This document shows, piece after piece, positions 57,206 to 64,000 of a stretch of 64,000 bases of DNA (positions within the stretch are counted from its first letter, which is position 1; every line of letters begins with the position of its first letter). The notes under the pieces were generated by a model. It ran no database searches and was not told where the DNA came from. It saw nothing but the letters and a program-made list of their open reading frames with translations. A program made the position numbers and the translations under genes. The DNA comes from Kofleriaceae bacterium (lineage in GTDB: Bacteria; Myxococcota_A; Polyangia; Haliangiales; Haliangiaceae), in NCBI GenBank assembly GCA_965215005.1, contig CBDCCZ010000012.1, forward strand, positions 1 through 64,000. The letters run 5' to 3'.

Positions 57206-58027
57206 ATGAACCAGCCCGGACGATCGGCCTGGCGCGACTCCCTCCACGAGATCATCTTCGAAGCCGACACCCCCGGCGGCAAAGCCTTCGACGTCTGGCT
57301 GTTGATCCTTATCATGGCGAGCATTCTCGTCGTCATGCTCGAGAGCGTTGCCAGCATTCGCAGCGACTACGGCACCATCCTGCGCATTGCCGAGTGGGGC
57401 CTGACCGTCGCCTTCACCATCGAGTACATCCTGCGGCTGGTGTGCGTCCAGCGCCCCTCGCACTACGCACGCAGCTTCTTTGGCGTGGTCGACGTCCTAT
57501 CCATCGCCCCCACCTACCTCAGCCTGTTTTTGGTAGGTGCCCAGTCGTTTCTCGTCATCCGCGCCCTGCGCCTACTGCGGGTCTTCCGCGTCCTCAAGCT
57601 CGGTCACTTCCTCCACGAGGCGACCGTTCTACGCACCGCCCTTCACGCTAGCATGCGCAAGATCACCGTCTTCATCGGTGTCGTTCTCACCACCGTCCTC
57701 ATCGTCGGCGCGCTCATGTACATCATCGAAGGTGCCGACGCCGGCTTCACCAGCATTCCCCGCAGTGCCTACTGGGCCATCGTCACCATGACCACCGTCG
57801 GCTATGGCGATATCGCGCCGCAGACCCCCCTGGGCCAAATCATGGCCTCTGCTCTCATGGTCATGGGCTACGGCGTCATCGCCGTGCCCACCGGCATCGT
57901 CTCCGTCGAGCTCGGCCAAGCAACCCGCACCGCCAGTCAAACCACCCGCGCCTGCCCCGCCTGCGGCCGCAACGGCCACACCCACGACGCGCGCTACTGC
58001 AAGTACTGCAGCAGCTCGCTAAACTAA
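57206..58027 (+). CDS. Voltage-gated potassium channel family ion transporter
   Basis: S4 'IRALRLLRVFRVLK', selectivity filter TTVGYGD, C-terminal CPAC...CKYC zinc ribbon. Confidence 0.93.
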   Translation: MNQPGRSAWRDSLHEIIFEADTPGGKAFDVWLLILIMASILVVMLESVASIRSDYGTILRIAEWGLTVAFTIEYILRLVCVQRPSHYARSFFGVVDVLSIAPTYLSLFLVGAQSFLVIRALRLLRVFRVLKLGHFLHEATVLRTALHASMRKITVFIGVVLTTVLIVGALMYIIEGADAGFTSIPRSAYWAIVTMTTVGYGDIAPQTPLGQIMASALMVMGYGVIAVPTGIVSVELGQATRTASQTTRACPACGRNGHTHDARYCKYCSSSLN

Positions 58028-58395
58028 CAGCAACCGCCCGATTCCCGCCCGTCTACCCCGGCGTCAATCTCGAGAGAACCCAGGCTGCGACAGGTGAGAG
58101 CGCTTGATGGAAGCGGCGGTAGTCGGCCATGAGATCGACGACCTCGACCACGCGATTTCCATGGAATGGAACCGATAGGTTCAGCATCCGCTCCGCCATG
58201 TTGACCCAAGCCTAGCCGGCGCAGGCCGTGTCGTGTAGACAGCCATGACTCCACGCAAACGCTGCATCCCCGTCGCTACGCGCCCGCGACTGCAGGGGCG
58301 TCTCGAGGATAGTGCTCCAGAAGCTAGACGCTTACGCGCCGACCGAACGCCAGCCATGAGGCAACGCGGGTGCTCGCCTCAGCCTCCGTGACAGC

Positions 58396-58415
58396 AGGCC
58401 AGGATGACCTGGCCT
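58396..58415 (-). terminator. Hairpin downstream of the tRNA pair
   Basis: AGGCCAGG-ATGA-CCTGGCCT perfect 8-bp stem; no U-tract. Confidence 0.4.
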
Positions 58416-58433
58416 CGTCACTGAGAGCGAGAG

Positions 58434-58510
<77 letters not shown>

Positions 58511-58520
58511 GAACGGAGAT

Positions 58521-58596
<76 letters not shown>

Positions 58597-58718
58597 GGAC
58601 TCGTCGCGCGATGGGAAACGGACATTGCACGAAGCGGAGGTGGATTGCAAGGGCGTGGGACATGGGAATGACCCTGTGGGAGGGGATGCCGGCTGGCGTG
58701 GGCGCAGCTCGAGGCACA

Positions 58719-58747
58719 TTGACACGCGCCATGGGGCTCAGTAGGCT
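58719..58747 (+). promoter_or_regulatory. sigma70 promoter for the PilZ gene
   Basis: TTGACA-N17-TAGGCT. Confidence 0.7.
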
Positions 58748-58790
58748 GCAATGCGGAATTATCGCACCCCACAGCCGGAGAAGTAGCTGG

Positions 58791-59123
58791 ATGGCTGAGA
58801 AACGCCGCGGGCATCGAGTCCGCGTCAATCTACGCGCGCAGTACCGATCGAGTGTTACCTCGATGGAGGGGTGGGTTGCGAATCTCAGTCGCTACGGGAT
58901 GTTCTTGCGCTCGGACTATCTCGATGATCGCGGCGCACGGGTGGTCGTGGTGATTGAGATTCCAGGCGATGATGGTGCGCTGCAGCTCGAGGGCGAGGTG
59001 GTGCGGGTCGACGAGAGGCCGTGCTCCTCCGGTATGGGAATTCGTTTCGGTCGGATGGCGGAAACGGTCCATCGGCAGCTTGCTAACTTCATGATCGAAC
59101 GAAGTTATCAGTCGCTTCACTAG
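58791..59123 (+). CDS. Stand-alone PilZ domain protein
   Basis: RxxxR (RRGHR), NxSxxG (NLSRYG), GEVVR, GMGIRF. Confidence 0.88.
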   Translation: MAEKRRGHRVRVNLRAQYRSSVTSMEGWVANLSRYGMFLRSDYLDDRGARVVVVIEIPGDDGALQLEGEVVRVDERPCSSGMGIRFGRMAETVHRQLANFMIERSYQSLH

Positions 59124-59136
59124 CCGCTCCCGCGAC

Positions 59137-59164
59137 TTGAATCCTATAGGCTGCACGTTATGAT
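59137..59164 (+). promoter_or_regulatory. sigma70 promoter, probably leaderless zapA transcript
   Basis: TTGAAT-N16-TATGAT, ATG 6 nt downstream. Confidence 0.65.
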
Positions 59165-59170
59165 GGGCCG

Positions 59171-59455
59171 ATGATTCGCTCTGTCACGGTGTCAGTCGCA
59201 GGTACGCGGCTGGCCCTACGGACCGACGCCAAGCCTTCGTACGTAGAAGCGCTCGCGGCGTACGTGACGGATAAGATTGACGAGGCAGGGCGTGGGGGTC
59301 GAGCGGTGTCGACGCACCAAGCGTGTCTGCTTGCTGCACTGAGTCTCGCGGATGAGCTTCATCAAGCGCGGGATGGACATACGCGTCTCAAGGCGCAAGT
59401 GCGCGAACGGTCGGAGCGGATCCTTCACTATCTGGACCTCGAAGCCGGCGCATAG
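59171..59455 (+). CDS. zapA: Cell division protein ZapA
   Basis: V.V.VAG..L.L, LAAYV..KI, LLAALSLADEL, C-terminal coiled coil; conserved zapA-ygfA-rny synteny. Confidence 0.9.
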   Translation: MIRSVTVSVAGTRLALRTDAKPSYVEALAAYVTDKIDEAGRGGRAVSTHQACLLAALSLADELHQARDGHTRLKAQVRERSERILHYLDLEAGA

Positions 59456-59494
59456 CTGGCGTTGCTCGCGAGCCGATGCTCGTCCTCCACTCTA

Positions 59495-60100
59495 ATGAAA
59501 CATCCGCTCCCCCGGTCGGGAGATGACACGGTCGCCGCGAAGGCGCGCTTACGGCGCGAGATGCGCCATAAACGAGAAGCCATCCCTATCGAGCTCGCGC
59601 AAGCGGCGGCGAGCGCGGCGGCGGAGCACCTGCTCAGCAGTGCTCCCATCGCCGCAGCGCAGGTCGTGGCGATGTATGCGGCTGTTCGCTGCGAGCTCGA
59701 TCCGATCCCGGCAGCGCATGCTCTTCGCAGCCGCGGCGCTACCCTCGCCTATCCGCGCATCGCGGCCGGCGAGCGCCAATTGACCTGGCATTTAATCGAT
59801 GAGCCGCAAGTACTTTGCTTGGGCTCATTTGGTATTCCCGAGCCAGATGCAGCTACGCCAACCATCCCTGCGAACCGCATAGACTGCTTTGTGGTTCCCG
59901 GCCTAGCGTTCGACTGGCGCGGGAATCGACTCGGATGGGGGCGCGGCTATTACGACGCTACGCTAGCGAGCCATCCCACCACGCCTCGGGTCGGCTACGG
60001 CTACGAGTGTCAACGGATCGAGCATGTCCCGGTGGACATGCTCGACCTGCCAATGAACCTAATCGTCACTGAGTCCAACATATGGAACCCCTCTTTCTAG
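59495..60100 (+). CDS. ygfA: 5-formyltetrahydrofolate cyclo-ligase
   Basis: K..LR, FGIPEP, VPGLAFD..GNRLGWGRGYYD, D.PM..IVTE. Confidence 0.92.
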   Translation: MKHPLPRSGDDTVAAKARLRREMRHKREAIPIELAQAAASAAAEHLLSSAPIAAAQVVAMYAAVRCELDPIPAAHALRSRGATLAYPRIAAGERQLTWHLIDEPQVLCLGSFGIPEPDAATPTIPANRIDCFVVPGLAFDWRGNRLGWGRGYYDATLASHPTTPRVGYGYECQRIEHVPVDMLDLPMNLIVTESNIWNPSF

Positions 60101-61644
60101 TTTTGGCGATCGTCGTGGGGGTAGCCCTCGGTGTCGCCTTGGCGCGTGCATTCGGCTCTGGCGCCAACGCGGGCACCGGGGAGGCTGCCGAACAAGAAGC
60201 CAAACGCATTCTCGACGCCGCGGAAGCCGAGGTTGAAGAGATCAAGAAGGCGGCGCAAGTCGAGGGCAGAGAGCTTGCCTTCAAGCTCAAAGGCGACGTC
60301 GAAGAAGAGCTTCGTCGCCGCCGCGCGGAGATGGCGCAACAAGAAGAAGCGGTAAGCAGTCGTGAACGCGACGTCGAACGCCGCCGCAAAGAGACTCAGA
60401 AGCGTGAAAGCGCACTCGATCGGCGAGACAAAACCATCGAGAGTCGCGAAAAGGCCGCCGAGGCGATGGCCGCCAAGGCGGAAGCGGCGCATGCGGAGGC
60501 GACCAAGCGCATCGAGGAGATCGCCTCGCTGACGGCTGAGGAGGCGAAGCGACGGCTCGAGGACGAGATGCGCGAGCAAGCGCGCGCCGCTGCCGCCGCC
60601 GAGATCAAACGCATTGAAGATGAGGCCGAGGCCGAGGCCGCTGCGAAGTCAAAAACCATCATTGCAGCGGCCATTCAGCGCTACGCCAGCGAGTTCGTGC
60701 AGGAGCGGACGGTCTCGGTGGTGCCACTGCCATCGGATGACATGAAAGGCCGACTCATCGGTCGCGAGGGACGCAACATTCGCGCGCTCGAAGCGGCAAC
60801 CGGCATCGACATGATCATCGATGACACCTCTGAAGTCATCACCATCTCTTGCTTCAACCCGGTGCGGCGCGAGATCGCGCGCATTGCCATCAGCAACTTA
60901 GTCGCTGATGGACGCATTCATCCCACGCGAATCGAAGAGGTGGTGCGCAAAGCCGAGAAGGAGATCGACAAAGTCTGCAAAGAAGCCGGCGAGCAGGCGG
61001 TCTTCGATCTTGGACTCCACCGAGTTCATCCTGAGCTGGTGAAACAACTAGGAATGCTGCGCTACCGCTCTTCCTACGCGCAGAACCTCTTACAGCACTC
61101 GGTGGAAGTGGGTTTCTTGGCTGGATTGATGGCAGCCGAAGTTGGCATAAGTGTCAAGGTCGCGCGACGCGCAGGCCTTCTGCACGACATCGGTCGCTCG
61201 GTCGATCACGAACACGAAGGCTCGCATGCGCAGGTGGGCGCGCAACTGGCGCGCAAGTATGGCGAATCGCCGAAAGTGTGCGACGCGATCGCGGCTCATC
61301 ACGGCGATCCGCAACCGACAACCATTCTCGAGCACCTCGTGCAGGCCGCCAATCAAGTATCCGCGGCGCGTCCGGGTGCTCGGCGTGAGCTGCTTGCGTC
61401 GTATGTGAAGCGGCTTGAAGACCTGGAGGCGCTGTGCGCGACGTTCAGCGGGGTGAATCGCGTGTATGCGCTGCAGGCGGGACGCGAAGTTCGCGTGATG
61501 GTCGAGAACGAGAAGGTCGACGACGCACAGGCCCTCATGCTGAGCAAAGAGATCGCCCGCAAGATCGAGAGCGAGGCCGCCTATCCCGGCCAGGTGCGTG
61601 TCGTGGTGGTACGCGAGACACGAGCGAGCGACTACGCTCGCTAG
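60082..61644 (+). CDS. rny: Ribonuclease Y
   Basis: N-terminal TM, coiled coil, KH 'MKGRLIGREGRNIR', DGRIHP.RIEE, SY.QN...HS, LLHDIG, SAARPGAR, QAGRE.RV. Confidence 0.96.
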   Translation: MEPLFLVLAIVVGVALGVALARAFGSGANAGTGEAAEQEAKRILDAAEAEVEEIKKAAQVEGRELAFKLKGDVEEELRRRRAEMAQQEEAVSSRERDVERRRKETQKRESALDRRDKTIESREKAAEAMAAKAEAAHAEATKRIEEIASLTAEEAKRRLEDEMREQARAAAAAEIKRIEDEAEAEAAAKSKTIIAAAIQRYASEFVQERTVSVVPLPSDDMKGRLIGREGRNIRALEAATGIDMIIDDTSEVITISCFNPVRREIARIAISNLVADGRIHPTRIEEVVRKAEKEIDKVCKEAGEQAVFDLGLHRVHPELVKQLGMLRYRSSYAQNLLQHSVEVGFLAGLMAAEVGISVKVARRAGLLHDIGRSVDHEHEGSHAQVGAQLARKYGESPKVCDAIAAHHGDPQPTTILEHLVQAANQVSAARPGARRELLASYVKRLEDLEALCATFSGVNRVYALQAGREVRVMVENEKVDDAQALMLSKEIARKIESEAAYPGQVRVVVVRETRASDYAR

Positions 61645-61656
61645 CAAAGGAGCGCG

Positions 61657-62937
61657 ATGCACATCCTCGATGAGTTAGAAGCCCGCGGACTGGTGGCCGA
61701 TATCACCAATCGCGATGAGCTCGCAACGCTGCTATCGAGCGGCGTCGTCCCGTTTTACGCGGGCTACGACCCCACAGCGCCCAGTCTACACGTGGGTCAT
61801 CTCATCCCCATCACTCTGCAAGCGCGTCTTCAACGCGCCGGGCACAAGCCGCTTCTCGTCGTTGGCGGCGCCACCGGTATGATCGGCGACCCGTCCGGCA
61901 AGAGCGATGAGCGCAACCTGCTCGACAGCGAGACCCTTCAAGAGAACGTCGCCCGTGCTCGAGGACAGCTCGAGCGGCTGCTAGATTTCGCTCCGGGTCC
62001 GAGCGCGGCCGTGATGCTCGATAACTACGCGTGGTTTGCCGGCATGGGCTACCTCGAGTTTCTCCGCGACATTGGCAAGCTCGTGAGCATCAACTACATG
62101 ATCGCCAAGGAGTCAGTGCGGGCGCGGCTCGAAGATCGGGAACACGGCATCAGCTACACGGAGTTCTCGTACATGCTGCTGCAGGCGTACGACTTCGTGC
62201 ACTTGGCCCGCACGCACGGCTGCCGACTGCAGCTGGGTGGCTCCGATCAATGGGGAAACATCACCGCCGGCTGTGAGCTGCAGCGCAAGCTGGGAGGCCT
62301 GCCGGTCTTCGGGCTCGTCGCGCCGCTTCTGCTGGATAGCAGCGGGCAAAAAATGGGCAAGACGTCGAGCGGGAATCGGGTTTGGCTCGATCCCGAGCAA
62401 ACGTCGCCCTACGCCTTCTACCAGTACTGGCTCAACATCGACGACCAAGAGGTCGGCAAGCTTCTAAAGCACTTCTTATGGCGCCCGCTAGATGAGGTTG
62501 ACGAGCTCATACGCGCTCACGCAGAGGCTCCTCATCAACGCCAAGGACAGAGGGCGCTCGCCGAAGACCTCACGCGATGGGTCCACGGCGAAGAAGGGCT
62601 GCGACGCGCCATTGCCGCTAGCCAAGTCATGTTCGGCGGCACCCTGGAAGGGCTCAGCGACGCAGACCTCGCGCCGATACTAGCCGACGTGCCGTCGAGC
62701 GAGATTGCCCGCGGCGAGCTTGATCAAGGCGTCTCGCTTCTCGACCTCATCGCCCAAGTCCAGCTCGCCAAGAGCAAAGGGGCAGCCCGACGGCTCGTGC
62801 AAAGCGGCGGAGTCTATATCAACAATCTCCGAGCGACCGATCCCAACGAGGTTCTCACTCGCGAGCATCTAGGAACGGAATCGATGATCGTTCTGCGAGC
62901 CGGCAAGAAGAGCTATCACATCGTCCGCATCCGCTGA
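61657..62937 (+). CDS. tyrS: Tyrosine--tRNA ligase
   Basis: GYDPTA.SLHVGH, EFSY.LLQAYDF, GGSDQWGNI, KMGKT, C-terminal S4 domain. Confidence 0.97.
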   Translation: MHILDELEARGLVADITNRDELATLLSSGVVPFYAGYDPTAPSLHVGHLIPITLQARLQRAGHKPLLVVGGATGMIGDPSGKSDERNLLDSETLQENVARARGQLERLLDFAPGPSAAVMLDNYAWFAGMGYLEFLRDIGKLVSINYMIAKESVRARLEDREHGISYTEFSYMLLQAYDFVHLARTHGCRLQLGGSDQWGNITAGCELQRKLGGLPVFGLVAPLLLDSSGQKMGKTSSGNRVWLDPEQTSPYAFYQYWLNIDDQEVGKLLKHFLWRPLDEVDELIRAHAEAPHQRQGQRALAEDLTRWVHGEEGLRRAIAASQVMFGGTLEGLSDADLAPILADVPSSEIARGELDQGVSLLDLIAQVQLAKSKGAARRLVQSGGVYINNLRATDPNEVLTREHLGTESMIVLRAGKKSYHIVRIR

Positions 62938-63151
62938 ACGCCCGCATTGCCACGCTCGCTTCCCGGCCTATCAGGCACGAGATGCACGCGGCGCGGCGGC
63001 TTTCAGTTAGTGTGACTCCCGTTGCTGAACCTTGGCGGCTTCACCGGTGACGACGTTTCGAGAAACGAGCACCAATCGTCCCAATTCGCGACGTATCCGC
63101 CCGACAGTCCGCACCTACTGCGATGCGCGGCTTCATGGTCAGTAGGAGGGC

Positions 63152-63541
63152 ATGAAGCATCAACGAGAGCGAGATCAGGGCCAATCAGCTGCCCCGCTGG
63201 GCGGTCGTGCGCGGTGGAGCGCGGCGGAGGGAGCGGCGATGTTGGAGGAGTTGGCGGCTAGCGGCGAAAGTGACGCCGGCTATTCGCGCCGAACAGGGGT
63301 CGCGTCGCACCGAATTCAGTATTGGCGCAAGAGGCTTGGCGCGGAGCCGCTTGCAAGATCGATGGCGGGAACGGGCGGCTTCGTGCCGGTCCTGGTGGTG
63401 GATGAGCCAGAGCAGACGATGGATCGGCGGCAGGTCGAGGTCACGCTGCGAACTGGCGCAACGATGGTGTTTCGTGGCGACTGGAATGCGGTGTCGCTAC
63501 GGCCTTGGATGGCAGTCTTGGGAGGCGACCATGCTGAGTAA
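63152..63541 (+). CDS. tnpA: IS66 accessory protein TnpA (HTH)
   Basis: RWS..E, SGES...Y.R..GV....QYWRKRL, FVPV; AGGAGG SD. Confidence 0.85.
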   Translation: MKHQRERDQGQSAAPLGGRARWSAAEGAAMLEELAASGESDAGYSRRTGVASHRIQYWRKRLGAEPLARSMAGTGGFVPVLVVDEPEQTMDRRQVEVTLRTGATMVFRGDWNAVSLRPWMAVLGGDHAE

Positions 63542-63869
63542 CCGTGCCGCGCGCGTCTTTGCGTATGCGTCGCCGTGTGACATGCGCAAGCAGATGGATG
63601 GGCTGTCGACGCTGGTGCGCGAACAGCTCGAGCGGGAGCCAGAAGGTGGCGACCTGTATCTGTTTCGCAACCGTCGCGGCGATATGATCAAGATCTTGTT
63701 CTTTGATCAAGGCGGGTACTGCTTACTGAGCAAGCGGCTGGTGAAGGGCACGTTTCAGATGCGCCTTTCGATCAAAAATGATCAATGCGCTGCTGAGATA
63801 ACGCAAGCGGAGCTAAGTCGACTGCTTACGCGCGCTGAGTTGGTGCAAGAGATGTCGCAAAGCACTTGA
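63531..63869 (+). CDS. tnpB: IS66 accessory protein TnpB
   Basis: P.DMRK..DGL, LYLFRNRR...IKILFFD..G..L..KRL..GTF. Confidence 0.93.
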   Translation: MLSNRAARVFAYASPCDMRKQMDGLSTLVREQLEREPEGGDLYLFRNRRGDMIKILFFDQGGYCLLSKRLVKGTFQMRLSIKNDQCAAEITQAELSRLLTRAELVQEMSQST

Positions 63870-63897
63870 ACTTCGATCCGCCGCCTGCTAGCGAAGA

Positions 63898-64000
63898 GTG
63901 CAGGTGACGGCAGCGCGCACAGAGGTTCACGAGGCACTTGAGGCGCTCGATGCGCTTCGAGACAAGGTGAGCGACGCGGAACGCGCGACGGTGGATCGCA
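63898..64000 (+). CDS. Probable IS66 transposase TnpC, N-terminal fragment
   Basis: Open helical frame VQVTAARTEVHEALEALDALRDK... directly after tnpB, truncated by the window end. Confidence 0.5.
   Translation, partial: MQVTAARTEVHEALEALDALRDKVSDAERATVDR

Larger units (their letters stand above)
63093..64000 (+). mobile_element. IS66 family insertion sequence, left part (continues beyond window)
   Basis: Putative IRL GTATCCGCCCGACAGTCCGCACCT followed by tnpA-, tnpB- and tnpC-like ORFs; lower GC than flanks. Confidence 0.88.

Noticed and set aside
58054..58430. Small ORFs or an integrated-element remnant downstream of tRNA-Glu
   Set aside because: A minus-strand ORF of about 48 codons and a plus-strand ORF show no recognisable motifs. 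I saw no duplicated tRNA 3' end and no integrase.
58597..58790. Relocated 6S RNA or riboswitch in the tRNA-PilZ spacer
   Set aside because: The region is explained by divergent promoters, and I could not see a long 6S-like hairpin by eye.
63207..63530. Long N-terminal extension of TnpB or a TnpA-TnpB fusion
   Set aside because: TnpB similarity starts at ATG 63531 behind a GGAGG SD. The short overlap is normal IS66 organisation.

Overview
GC-rich bacterial chromosomal window. Gene content suggests a Myxococcota genome, probably Haliangiales/Nannocystales-like (Ser/Thr kinase-TPR protein, many Cys-rich lipoproteins, PilZ protein, many sigma54-type promoters); this placement is inference. Contents in order: the end of a pseudaminic-acid/surface-glycan cluster (oxidoreductase, methyltransferase, WbqC, pseI, Pse-associated methylase); NhaC antiporter; guaB; a CxxCH lipoprotein; glnD; a PlsB-like acyltransferase coupled to a catalytically degenerate GpsA homologue; a very large RecQ with histone-like repeats; MATE; two frameshifted ORFs (probably long-read errors); tkt; an orphan LanC; a YadGH-like ABC pair; a sigma54-promoter-rich block (alpha/beta hydrolase, kinase-fold lipoprotein, Omp85 barrel, divergent metallophosphoesterase, small lipoprotein, GH1, TraR/DksA); a VKOR-DsbA/OmpA-like/TlpA operon; an unannotated 56-aa YjfB-like ORF behind a sigma28-type promoter; Ser/Thr kinase; radical SAM; acyl-ACP desaturase; infC; DEAD-box helicase; K+ channel; tRNA-Lys and tRNA-Glu; PilZ-zapA-ygfA-rny-tyrS; and the left end of an IS66. 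The best candidate for an undescribed system is the Omp85 + exported kinase-fold lipoprotein + exported phosphoesterase module at about 35.5-40.2 kb, with back-to-back sigma54 promoters. All assignments come from motifs read by eye; no searches were run.
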